The notes beneath the pieces are model-generated. The model did not search any database, had not been told where the DNA came from, and worked only from the letters and a program-made list of their open reading frames with translations. The translations under genes and the position numbers were made by a program. DNA of 64,000 bases, taken from NCBI GenBank assembly GCA_016839805.1, contig JAEOTO010000015.1, forward strand, positions 21,778-85,777, in the 5' to 3' direction. Position 1 is the first letter of the stretch. Each line of letters opens with the position of its first letter. Shown piece by piece: positions 19,801 to 27,209 of this stretch. Source of the stretch: Candidatus Hermodarchaeota archaeon (lineage in GTDB: Archaea > Asgardarchaeota > Hermodarchaeia > Hermodarchaeales > Hermodarchaeaceae).

Positions 19801-20759
19801 CGAGCATTGTCAGTGATATAACAAACCATCCGGTAACTGAGAACGTAAATTATATTTATCTAGAATGGATGGAGACACACCTTGTAGTGTCAACTCCGGC
19901 GATATCTCTTGCTCGAACACCAGGAGGTGATACAATCCTTGCTGCTTCAGAATCTGGTGGTCGGGTCGTCGGCTTCGCATCAGGTGTCGCACTTTCCGAT
20001 TACCTAATTCAAACCATGGACAACTTTCAGCTAGCTGTAAATATTATTACATGGCTAACTGATGACAACATTGCCCCACTCCCACCCATCCTTAATGAGA
20101 TAGCAGAAACTATAACTTCACCTGACTTTACCGTCACTTGGTCTACCGCTACAGATCCTGATGGTGTTATCAGTTTATACCACCTGCAACTCGATGACGA
20201 TTCTGCATTTATTGGAGTCATCGGATCGTGGTCTACAAGCGACACAAATTACACGGTGACCATAGTACTTGATGGAACCTACTACTTGCGAGTCCGGGCC
20301 CGAGATGATGGGGGTCGGTTTAGTTCATGGAGTAATGTCATCACGATTACTGTTGAATTACCCAACCTTCTACCCATTGCACCGGTTCTCAGTATTACTG
20401 ATTTTACCGGTACGACTGTGACTTTAAGCTGGACTGAATCAGATGATCCTGATGGCTATGTAAGTAACTATCTTATCCAACTGTCTCCAAATCCTGCTTT
20501 TACATTCATCTCCGGAACCTGGTTCATCAATGATACTTCCCTAGCCATCGCAAATCTTCCCGCTGGTCCCTGTTTCTTCCGCGTCTCAGCCATCGATAAT
20601 GAAGACGCCTTAGGTGAATGGAGTAATGTCTGTGACATTCTCGTTCCTGGTATTCCCACTACAATCTTCATCGCTGTAACTGCAATAATCGCTACTAGCG
20701 TTTGTGTTATTGTCATTGCATATTGGGTCCGAAAACGACGAATTCCCGGCAAAGCTTAA
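13833..20759 (+). CDS. Giant (2308 aa) surface protein: signal peptide, peptidase C25 (gingipain-like) domain, Ig-like/GATase1-like modules, 2x[CARDB + DUF4350-like], 2x FN3, C-terminal TM anchor
   Basis: Signal peptide: FICLLAISFLVVPSLVATATPSFA. C25 blocks: DYVIIAPASF, FLFVGDGDVVPTR, PSDMYFECLDGDWD, VLVGRIPV, candidate catalytic His527 (FFDHGWYGGW) and Cys562 (FAFAMACETAAFD). CARDB-like: INATVYNEGLNNETN. DUF4350-like: VLFDRSHEN...NGGGLFVTG. Two FN3-like repeats (TVTWSTATDPDG, VTLSWTESDDPDG). TM plus RKRR tail. Confidence 0.85.
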   Translation: MYKFRFKQFICLLAISFLVVPSLVATATPSFAVRDPSSSSSSPTVNTLDTNRFEGLTEGVGSLDDRVSDKEREWYWRDAKGSWQDYRDSLTSYRQAAERIRHRQTSYFTQMGSGMLIQEQVEGNRLRISVRIGSYSILSYAFDEGMYQTVIVEGAETSTDYGCPTLPYKNLLFSLPADVHPLSVQVNSRLMESIDGLSLVPGPEPLRLASTYPNNPTIYFDEQAYSTSSFMPTSLVDYNEVGMRGTKGLFVKLSLMQYNPVQKHASIVVALEVDITFSEPVTSEELHINPYESQFNGGGQDYVIIAPASFVPNLGSFQQWKQDLGYDVSIMPVETIYATYSGRDYAERMRTFIQASYTQNNTLFFLFVGDGDVVPTRMVWDPYLAGGLDNGTEPSDMYFECLDGDWDANGNSLFGETDDNVDFFPEVLVGRIPVQTVTQAEDVLDAIIQLESNPPPGSWMNDVLLIGPDCFGSGDGANMIEEELNQQFLYDSFFDVYRTYPTDGSLSNINVINRINTGVGIVDFFDHGWYGGWVGALDEESGSEVSNLLNGAKTPFAFAMACETAAFDAEAYEPTIGEAFFRNPNGGAIAYIGATRIAWAGYHAFDGLHNRFWHYFFDSALTKWFASPKLALHAARQEMVTTYSMTDPISLETVYQAIYFGDPSMSLYWKHNITNSATQVEINEVVQLNGTCNLLYNNTPISDTVNVLVRDPLGHVVYNSPHITDSQGRYTATFTVSEVAGNYTVETTITQPFDYTAVNTFYVGNHSLTLQLDSSPQYFNFLDFSGSATADGTGNATLVDAEGNLVSSKLFTITGGAYSESLNLTAFGWLILHLTLESGMEHGGVSTNFLVRRGDILVIADDTGAFGPDYPGGWTANNRGDSTNLGDYYVALKSEYAVSIFYPRYEREPSLSLLQSYDAVIVTVGDNFGYPLISPDSFLLDVLFSYHNSGGQILFEGCLMSEDLANSMHNATFKSLTHTEHVKNLANTGSLTLENTLHTITSGLPATIALLDGLGTPYADVITAFNGSTCVSGYVGEVAPHAAITALTPTPTYGGVVYIGFSIDAISNQDHRTLLIQNAIAFLLQPSIEAILSDDALQTGTTETIIIEVFEAATGQPISGAEVTFNGCGISATNHTTSFGNCSLIITPTSAGIITVQITKYGFLNLTGAIIVYDLPIIEVNTIPTYLVRTTPQDLVVIATNYYEHFPLDGCFINITGCGVSDTGFTNSSGMVEFTVSPTISGLISIHANLSAYVNVTSSIGVRLIALVLPSAGTEFPSDFCWDEINLNWQDYGTIPLFINYTTFAGTNTSFTIQDLETSNADALIIPYLFEPYSPQEIEAINTYVRAGHGLFASGFAIALHSESMGPFFGVKENLFFDTYYSLSNLNILQPGHAIFLNLPDPFTTSYPFSFYPMGTGWDLSVLQGASYLAIDTSGSNYGTILTYRGIVYTSYFPELLSNRDDRQLVYNILTWSEYEIPDHELRVSLAAPNYCEPGDTVQINATVYNEGLNNETNLLLQLFIDSLQVASLPIPELANFTSETLSYLWTPLTEAIYNITAYVAPVQDETDTSNNAVTRFVTVRPIEGWILWDSIHLTDPMNYYSDWLTDLSNLGYVIEEISSGSITSVLLDSYDILICAQPYASYSGAEQTAIQTFVLNGGGLLVIGDDSPTIFDMLTLFAGIDWEYGGYAGTTSDITPHHVTTDVFSAYFDSPICELLVSSGAISLIRNGGDTLLAVSEVGSGRVLGIGDEHTIQDGAINQADNRQLALNMIDWLRRIQYLHDLRVFLEVPLYGLPDDPVYINATVRNSGLENETNITVRFYVNTSLEDTITIPELNSSDSIKVGTIWTTSTLGHYNITAFIVPVPLENVTTNNIDTRWIRIREISTYVLFDRSHENMFEENYTQWFAELYTLGISVDVLYSGPIDASTLSGYNALLCMNPWLTYSSAELTAIHNFVDNGGGLFVTGGWNPAVASSLTAPFGITYEDDFNSSIVSDITNHPVTENVNYIYLEWMETHLVVSTPAISLARTPGGDTILAASESGGRVVGFASGVALSDYLIQTMDNFQLAVNIITWLTDDNIAPLPPILNEIAETITSPDFTVTWSTATDPDGVISLYHLQLDDDSAFIGVIGSWSTSDTNYTVTIVLDGTYYLRVRARDDGGRFSSWSNVITITVELPNLLPIAPVLSITDFTGTTVTLSWTESDDPDGYVSNYLIQLSPNPAFTFISGTWFINDTSLAIANLPAGPCFFRVSAIDNEDALGEWSNVCDILVPGIPTTIFIAVTAIIATSVCVIVIAYWVRKRRIPGKA
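18255..20078 (+). repeat. Tandem duplication of a 304-codon module (CARDB-like + DUF4350/GATase1-like) inside the giant ORF
   Basis: Unit 1 spans 18255..19166 and unit 2 spans 19167..20078. They align colinearly at protein level (HELRVSL/HDLRVFL, INATVYNEGLNNETN/INATVRNSGLENETN, IPEL, YNITA, NGGGLLVIG/NGGGLFVTG, NMIDWL/NIITWL) at roughly one-third identity by eye. Confidence 0.8.
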
Positions 20760-20787
20760 CTTCAGTTAAACCCCGCTTTGCATCAGT

Positions 20788-21627
20788 TTGCTTATCTTAG
20801 TGCATGGTGAAAGAGAAATGGTATCCTATGCTGGTATGGTAACCAAAACAAAACAAGCGTTATTAGAAATTAGTAAAGCAGAGTACCGCTATCCTGAAGT
20901 GATTGAACAAGCCGAGAAAATAGGTTGGTATGAGGATTTTTCATCTGGTTATAAGGGACTTTACTATTTTGTTCCGATCTCTATTTCTCCGAACTATCAA
21001 CGGCGATTACGAGTGTCCGCAGTAGATGTTCCGATGGTTCGAAAAGTGAGTGCAACACTATTTCAATCCCTAAAAGACGACGATATTAGTGACGTTGATA
21101 CGGTTCTTTCCCTTTGCAATGAATTATTGGAGAAGTGGAGTTGGGAGTATCGTACCATTGCCTTCGACTGGTCCTTCCGGGTCCGCAAGCAATTGAAACC
21201 ACGGCATTTTCCGCTTTTTAAGGATTGGACAGAACTCTATCTTTCAACCTGGGGTAGTGTCGACGATTTTTGCACTCACACAATAGGTTACTTCTTTCAT
21301 GCATTCCCAGAATTCGCATCCCAAGTAAAAAATTGGGCTACCTCTCAAAATCCATGGATTCTGCGTGCAGCTGCCGTGTCACTAATTTATGGTTTGCGGC
21401 GTGGGGTGCATCTTGAGTATATCTTCGATGTTGCAGATGCCATGTTGTTGGATCCTCGGAAGTATGTCCAAAATGGGTATGGTTGGATGCTCAAGGAAGC
21501 AACCAAATTTTACCAAGATCAAGTCTTCGAATACATTATGCGAAAAAAGGACGTGATGCCGCGTCGGGCTCTCCGTTATGCTATTGAGAAAATGCCGAAA
21601 AATCTTAAGGTTCAGGCGATGGCATGA
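20788..21627 (+). CDS. DNA alkylation repair protein (AlkD-like HEAT-repeat family, PF08713-like)
   Basis: The C-terminal blocks WILRAAAVSLIY, VQNGYGWMLKEATK and RRALRYAIEKMP match the DNA_alkylation family. The ATG at 20818 is a more likely start than the TTG at 20788. Confidence 0.7.
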   Translation: MLILVHGEREMVSYAGMVTKTKQALLEISKAEYRYPEVIEQAEKIGWYEDFSSGYKGLYYFVPISISPNYQRRLRVSAVDVPMVRKVSATLFQSLKDDDISDVDTVLSLCNELLEKWSWEYRTIAFDWSFRVRKQLKPRHFPLFKDWTELYLSTWGSVDDFCTHTIGYFFHAFPEFASQVKNWATSQNPWILRAAAVSLIYGLRRGVHLEYIFDVADAMLLDPRKYVQNGYGWMLKEATKFYQDQVFEYIMRKKDVMPRRALRYAIEKMPKNLKVQAMA

Positions 21628-21691
21628 TTTTTTCCGGAACAGTTAGGCTCTTAATGAACTTCATATTCGCTATCACAAGGGTCATGTTCTG

Positions 21692-22132
21692 ATGAAAGAA
21701 AATTATGGATATTGTGGCTATCGATGCCATCTGTGTGCAGCCCAGTCACCTGATAAAGACATCCGCCAGAAACTCGTAGATGGCTGGCGAAAATATTTCG
21801 GACATCAAGATTACACAGCCGAGAATGTCCAATGCGATGGTTGTAAGGCCGATGGCAAACTCGCGGATAAAAAATGTAAAGCTCGACCTTGCGCTAAAGA
21901 AAAAGGCGTGGAATATTGCATGCTGTGTGATGAGTTTCCCTGTGATAAAGTGAAACATCTCATGGGCAGCCGTAGTGGCATGCTCCTCTATTGTTTACCC
22001 CGCACCTTCGAGGTCTCTGAAGACGAGTATAATCTGTGTATGACACAATTCAACAGCATGCCTTTCATTATCAAAACCCTTGTTCAACAAAATAGGGTAC
22101 CCTCCTGGTGGAACAATACAAAAAAATCCTAA
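21692..22132 (+). CDS. DUF3795-like cysteine-rich protein
   Basis: The N-terminal YCGYRCHLC motif and further CxxC/CxxxC groups (CDGC, CKARPC, CMLCDEFPC) are typical of DUF3795. Confidence 0.6.
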   Translation: MKENYGYCGYRCHLCAAQSPDKDIRQKLVDGWRKYFGHQDYTAENVQCDGCKADGKLADKKCKARPCAKEKGVEYCMLCDEFPCDKVKHLMGSRSGMLLYCLPRTFEVSEDEYNLCMTQFNSMPFIIKTLVQQNRVPSWWNNTKKS

Positions 22133-22181
22133 GCCAAATGAATGGTAGAATCGCACTAGCAAAATTACCAAAATACTGGGA

Positions 22182-23441
22182 TTAAGAGGCTAATTTAGTT
22201 TTTAATTGAGCCGGCTTTGCTCTTTCAATCTGAATCCTATCAAGATCATGAAATCTCATAAATCGTACCAATTCCTGTTTAATTGGATCGATAGTTTCTG
22301 AAATTATTTTTCGAGGAAGATTGATTTCCATGTTACGAAGAATCAGAGTCCCTGTCGCTCGATCTGCCTTGGGATCTATTCGCCCAATGAGATTATGTTG
22401 CCATAGAATGGGAGTGACATAATACCCGAATTTTCGATTCGCAGAGGGCGTATAGGCTTCAAGTTTTATTTTAACATTAAAAAGACGTTCAACTCGGGCT
22501 CTGTTCCAAACAACATTGTCAAATGGATTGAGAAACCATGCACGTGAAGCCGAATCACGGCGGTCTTGTACTTCGTGAAGAAAGGGCATTTGTCGAGTGA
22601 GTATATAATACTGGCTTTTAGCGTTGTGAACCGAGATTTTCGTCACCACATCCTCTTGTTCTAAAATGTCAAGATGCCTTTCCATGGTCTTGGTGCGATT
22701 TCCTATGATATCTAACGCGAAATTCCCACAGGTTATGTACTCACACAAGCCCTGGGCCGTGCTAGCAACCAAACAATCCAGGTTGCGTTCCATGAAGTGC
22801 CGCCAAACCTGGTCTTTATCTACATATCCCTCGAAGTATTTACTTGGGATGACGCGTTCGGATAGGTCATAGACTCGTTGGAAATTTTTTCGTTCAGTGA
22901 CCGCAAGACGACCGGTTTGCCAAAGTAGATCTAGTGCCTGTTTTGCTGGTTTCCAGTCCCAGAATCCTCCCCGTTTTTTCCCGCTAGGGTCTTCAAAATC
23001 CTTACTACTCAACGGACCTTCATTTCGAATTCGTGCTTCAACGGTGTCCATGTGGTCTTTGTACTTGTGGAGTTGGTTCTTCTCCCAGTTATTAATTGGA
23101 AACCGCTTCATGCGATAGCGATAGAAAGGATACTCTTCGATGGGTACGAAGCAGCAGGCATGAGCAAAGTGCTCGAATACCTGACGGTTTCGAAGTGCAT
23201 CCCAGATGTGGTCAGGATGATAGTTCTGCACACGGTTTCGAAGTGTTAAATGATGACTCCTTGCAACTACAGAAATCGTATCAATCTGAACGGCTGCAAG
23301 TTGCTGGATGGCATTTTGGACACTATACCATGGAGGCGCATCATCTAAGCCCTGACGTATAATGAAAGCTGCTCGAAGCAATGATGTATCGAAATAATCC
23401 ACAAAACCACATCTAATCTGCTCAGAAAGGAGCCATCTCAT
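22182..23441 (-). CDS. Winged-helix DNA glycosylase of the YcaQ/AlkZ family (interstrand-crosslink unhooking)
   Basis: VQIDTISVVARSHHLTLRNRVQNY and FEHFAHACCFVP parallel E. coli YcaQ LQIDTINIVARS...NY and EYWAHEACFMP. It contains the Q-I-D (Q-phi-D) catalytic motif of the YcaQ subgroup. Confidence 0.85.
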   Translation of the reverse strand: MRWLLSEQIRCGFVDYFDTSLLRAAFIIRQGLDDAPPWYSVQNAIQQLAAVQIDTISVVARSHHLTLRNRVQNYHPDHIWDALRNRQVFEHFAHACCFVPIEEYPFYRYRMKRFPINNWEKNQLHKYKDHMDTVEARIRNEGPLSSKDFEDPSGKKRGGFWDWKPAKQALDLLWQTGRLAVTERKNFQRVYDLSERVIPSKYFEGYVDKDQVWRHFMERNLDCLVASTAQGLCEYITCGNFALDIIGNRTKTMERHLDILEQEDVVTKISVHNAKSQYYILTRQMPFLHEVQDRRDSASRAWFLNPFDNVVWNRARVERLFNVKIKLEAYTPSANRKFGYYVTPILWQHNLIGRIDPKADRATGTLILRNMEINLPRKIISETIDPIKQELVRFMRFHDLDRIQIERAKPAQLKTKLAS

Positions 23442-23574
23442 AATCTGGAATTTTCCTCATCTGCTCGAATAGGGTTCTCGTTGTAACCTAAATAAGTTCA
23501 ACTCTTAAAAAGGTCGTTTGATATTTCTCGTTGTGGAACTTCAGAGTTAATAATAAACATTTTTAAAAATCATG

Positions 23575-24375
23575 TTAGAATTTTGCGAAACCAAGCATTT
23601 GTGGGACTAGCTCATCTAACATCGGATCAAGATTGGGACCCTTTGGGCTCCGTGTCTCATGATATAGCATCTCCAGTTGTTCTGCGAGTGATTGTGCGGC
23701 TTTTCTGGTTACTTGACGACGACCAGATTGACTCGGTTTATAACCTATAAGGCCCGCTGGAATATCGTTATTGATGTCTTGCACTACTCCAAGAAGTGAA
23801 GGGATTTGATCTAAAGCTTGTTTCTTGCGGACATCGTAGAAGAAAAGTGCCCCATGAGCTCCACGATAGTGAGTGAGAAAATAGGGAATATATGGTGGGA
23901 GGATACTCCACGCTAATACTCGAATCTGATATTCGAGACGCTCATAATCCCGAAAGGCTAAATTGAATCCCAAGGTGGCTCGATAATCCGTAGGACTTGG
24001 TTCGAATCCTGAACGTTCCAAGAGTTGAGTTAGATCTAAGTCCTTTTCCGCGATTAATAAGAGTTTTAACCCATATCTTTGACGAGACAAATCACCCACT
24101 AATGCACGTTGCGTAGTAAAGGTGTAGCCACCAGGGAGAATCTCTTTGTCCTTCAACCATTCATGGAACTGGTTCGCCAATTCAGCTTCTTTAAGTTTAA
24201 TGGGGTCTTTTGGATCCACCGGAACTCTTGGTGGTTCTTGGGAACCATCCTCTTCATCGATAATACGGATTCTCATATCAAACCGGGTCAATTGAGTGTG
24301 ACATTTCGGACACTGTCCTCGTTCATCGGGATCTACCGAATGACCACAACTCCAACACTTTTCTGAAATAATCAC
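23575..24375 (-). CDS. Zinc-ribbon protein fused to a degenerate Rab/Ras-like small-GTPase domain (P-loop, DxxGQ and NKxD lost)
   Basis: N-terminal CWSCG..CPKCH. The C-terminal ~150 aa align by eye with Rab: KLLLIAEKDLDLTQLLERS, TLGFNL, IRVLAWSILP, YRGAHGALFFYDV, LIGYKPS, ETRSPKG. Confidence 0.65.
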   Translation of the reverse strand: MIISEKCWSCGHSVDPDERGQCPKCHTQLTRFDMRIRIIDEEDGSQEPPRVPVDPKDPIKLKEAELANQFHEWLKDKEILPGGYTFTTQRALVGDLSRQRYGLKLLLIAEKDLDLTQLLERSGFEPSPTDYRATLGFNLAFRDYERLEYQIRVLAWSILPPYIPYFLTHYRGAHGALFFYDVRKKQALDQIPSLLGVVQDINNDIPAGLIGYKPSQSGRRQVTRKAAQSLAEQLEMLYHETRSPKGPNLDPMLDELVPQMLGFAKF

Positions 24376-24403
24376 TCGCCCCTATTCTTCAGATATTAGA
24401 TGC

Positions 24404-24619
24404 TTATTTCTCTGTTGTGCATTGGCCTAATTTCTCGAATTCATCTTTCAATTCTTTACCAATACTCCAAGCTTGTGCAAATTTATCGCCGACCTGCCAG
24501 TAACTCAACTTTGGAGCATGACTCGCTTCTGTTACGCTACAAGGAAACGCTCCTACATAATCCCGAAGTCCTAGGTATTTGGGTCCCAATTCGTTCTCCA
24601 TAGAAAAATTCACTTTCAT
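24404..24619 (-). CDS. Hypothetical small protein (71 aa)
   Basis: The ORF fills the gap between the radical SAM gene (5 nt upstream) and the Zn-ribbon/GTPase-like gene (28 nt downstream) on the same strand. No recognisable motif, and an overlapping plus-strand ORF of similar size exists. Confidence 0.3.
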   Translation of the reverse strand: MKVNFSMENELGPKYLGLRDYVGAFPCSVTEASHAPKLSYWQVGDKFAQAWSIGKELKDEFEKLGQCTTEK

Positions 24620-24624
24620 TATTA

Positions 24625-25914
24625 TTATTGATTTTTTAGGTGTTCTCCTAATGTATTAAGCTCTTCTTGGGTTCGAGTCAATCCATCAAATGTACCATAC
24701 TTCAGTATGTCATTAATGGCTCTAGCCATTTTGGAATTTATGCCAAGTCGGTCTTCTAGGAGTCCACGATTGGAGAGTTCCTTTACGTCCTCAACGCCTT
24801 TTTCAATTTTGATGGCAAAATCTTGGTAGGGTTTCCACATATTTTTGGGTTTTCCAAGAAGAATCTGACGATAGTAGACGAGGTCAAGGAGCCGGTTAAT
24901 CGCCTGAACATTGGCTTCAGGTTCACCGGGTGGCATATGCCGGACTGAACGATCCGAAATCCCCACTTTTTGACACACAATTCGACCTTGCAGACCTGGG
25001 TGGACTGGTAAGAGATTGAAAATGGGATGACCATAGGTGTGATTATTTGCATAGATCTTTTGCAAATCATCATACATTTGGGGAACTTGACGACGTACCA
25101 CATTGAAGAAATAGTCCTTTTGGCGTCCAGGTTTTAGTGTCATTCCCCCAAAGAGAATAAACTCCGCTCCTGCTTTTTTCGCTTCATTCGCCAGCCCATG
25201 CATATTATCAACACTATCACCCACAGTCGGGATTATTGGATAAGCCATCACTCCGCCAAACAAACCAGCTTTTCGAATCTGTTTCAACGCATCGAAACGT
25301 TCCCATGTCGTCGAAGATTTGGGCTCAAAAATTGACTTCATTTTCTCTTCGTACAACGTGATGCTGAAGCAAACACTGACAAAAGCTTGTTCATGGATTT
25401 CTTTCAATAAGTCAAGATCTCGCAATACGAGATTCGACTTGGTCAAAATGAACACCGGCAGACGGAAATCATGAAGCGTTTCAAGGACCTGTCGAGTGAC
25501 TCGATATTTCACTTCAGCTTGCTGATACGCATCCGAAACGCCACCTGAGACACCAACAATTATTTTTCGGGGTCCTTTATCCAGCACTTTAGATTTGTCT
25601 TGCTCGCTTAGGAACCGGACGAGGGTATCTGACTGCATCTTACGCTGTGACTGGAACCGAGCTCGTTCTAGTTCCCGACGCAAGACCTTCGACGCATTTT
25701 CCTTGACACGGATATGGGTATAGAAATTATCAATGCGGTAATATTGGCAATGCCCATCACAGTAAACACAACCATGTTCACAACCGCGATATGAGTTCAT
25801 GGACCGGTTGCTATGGAACCAGGCATCACCATAAATGGGTTTGGATAAGAGGGTCTTAGCTTGAATACTTTCATACCGCATAGTAGAATCACATTTCGAC
25901 TTTCTATTGCTCAT
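24625..25914 (-). CDS. Radical SAM protein, SplB/COG1533-like (DNA repair photolyase-like family)
   Basis: The NSYRGCEHGCVYCDG CxxxCxxC cluster motif sits in the context typical of COG1533. The downstream blocks VSDAYQQAEVKYRVTRQVLE, FILTKSNLVLRDLDLL and FEPKSSTTWERF match that family. Confidence 0.8.
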   Translation of the reverse strand: MSNRKSKCDSTMRYESIQAKTLLSKPIYGDAWFHSNRSMNSYRGCEHGCVYCDGHCQYYRIDNFYTHIRVKENASKVLRRELERARFQSQRKMQSDTLVRFLSEQDKSKVLDKGPRKIIVGVSGGVSDAYQQAEVKYRVTRQVLETLHDFRLPVFILTKSNLVLRDLDLLKEIHEQAFVSVCFSITLYEEKMKSIFEPKSSTTWERFDALKQIRKAGLFGGVMAYPIIPTVGDSVDNMHGLANEAKKAGAEFILFGGMTLKPGRQKDYFFNVVRRQVPQMYDDLQKIYANNHTYGHPIFNLLPVHPGLQGRIVCQKVGISDRSVRHMPPGEPEANVQAINRLLDLVYYRQILLGKPKNMWKPYQDFAIKIEKGVEDVKELSNRGLLEDRLGINSKMARAINDILKYGTFDGLTRTQEELNTLGEHLKNQ

Positions 25915-26002
25915 TATAATGAGCCTTTAAGCTTGCGATTTTACGGTTCTTCGCTTACCTATGATATTGCCTCTTCATTATGAGAGGACTTGAGTGGGGG
26001 GT

Positions 26003-26371
26003 TTAGGCGTGGTGATGACCGTTGATTTGTTGAATGACTTGGAAGATAAACACGCCAAAGTTACTACTGTTGCGAATGCGTTTCTTCATATAGTCGCGGA
26101 GAATGTGTTTGTCCATTCCGACATCACATTGACTGAGGACCACTACTTCGGTGAGCAGGTCTAAGAGGAGGCGTTGTTCACGCCGTGTGAGGGCGGGTCC
26201 AAGCTTATCGAGGATAAAGAATGCATCCTGGAATTCGAGAGGACCAATACTAGACAGTTCTGTTAATGCGGAGAGGGTACGACCAGCCAAGTAGTCCTTC
26301 CCGATTTCGAGAAGGCGATCATTTAATTTTCCATCCTTTCCCACGGATTTCTTGGTTTTACTTATTGACAT
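26003..26371 (-). CDS. Hypothetical protein (122 aa)
   Basis: Starts 6 nt after the stop of the ArsR-type regulator gene on the same strand. No family recognised. Ends in GHHHA. Confidence 0.45.
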   Translation of the reverse strand: MSISKTKKSVGKDGKLNDRLLEIGKDYLAGRTLSALTELSSIGPLEFQDAFFILDKLGPALTRREQRLLLDLLTEVVVLSQCDVGMDKHILRDYMKKRIRNSSNFGVFIFQVIQQINGHHHA

Positions 26372-26377
26372 GATTGT

Positions 26378-27040
26378 TTACTCCTTTCTCTCCTCAATGA
26401 GAACACGAAAACCGTGAGTCATCGGCTCTGGCATTTCTACAATTCGAACCCGAATCCCGTCAAGTATGCGGGCGAGTCGTTTCCAGAATTCTTGTTGAAA
26501 CCGTATTGCTTGTTCTTCAGGAATGACGCGGAATGCTGGTTGAAAGACATCGTTGTGAATTCTAATTGCATACTGGTTATCAACGAGCTCGAATGATGCG
26601 TAAAATCCAAAATTATCAAGAGCTTCCACTATGGTGCTAATTTGTTCTTGGAGGTTTCCACTTGGTTTATCAGGGAGAATCTGTTGCCATAAACTCGCCA
26701 CAACTTGGCGAATGAGAGAATTGGTCGTTTTCACATCGAATGATCGGGCTATCGCCTCTACTAGTGCGGAGAGGACTTGCCCTGTTTTCACTGGAAAGAG
26801 ACTGTTGGCTAGCAGTGTTAAGCTGTAGATACGTTTGGGACGACCACGCTTGGCTTGTTCGAAGGATGAGGAGACGAGTCCAGCGATTTCCAAAACGTCC
26901 AGATGACCTCGAATAGCACTGATGTTGATATCCAGATTCTCTGCGAGGGTGACAGCATTAGCATCTGTTCTTAGCAAGTACTCGAGAATGACTCGCCGTG
27001 TACCGGTCATAAGTGGGGAGAGCTTGCTAGGTGACGTCAA
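26378..27040 (-). CDS. ArsR-type winged-helix transcriptional regulator with C-terminal effector-like domain
   Basis: RRVILEYLLRTDANAVTLAENLDINISAIRGHLDVLEIAGLVSS...GRPKRIYSLT. The TTG start is at 27040, and the ATG at 27010 is an alternative. Confidence 0.75.
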   Translation of the reverse strand: MTSPSKLSPLMTGTRRVILEYLLRTDANAVTLAENLDINISAIRGHLDVLEIAGLVSSSFEQAKRGRPKRIYSLTLLANSLFPVKTGQVLSALVEAIARSFDVKTTNSLIRQVVASLWQQILPDKPSGNLQEQISTIVEALDNFGFYASFELVDNQYAIRIHNDVFQPAFRVIPEEQAIRFQQEFWKRLARILDGIRVRIVEMPEPMTHGFRVLIEERKE

Positions 27041-27209
27041 GGTGCTGAACCTTAGGGCTTCCTATGTACGCTCCCTATTTAAAACATTATAAGTGATATT
27101 TAGTGACTATAATATGAACGCTAGACCGGCTCTCAGTTGAAATAAGAAAAAGGATGGTGTAGTAAAATGTTAACTACACCGCGCCTTGAATTTCGGTGAT
27201 TTTGTAAAT

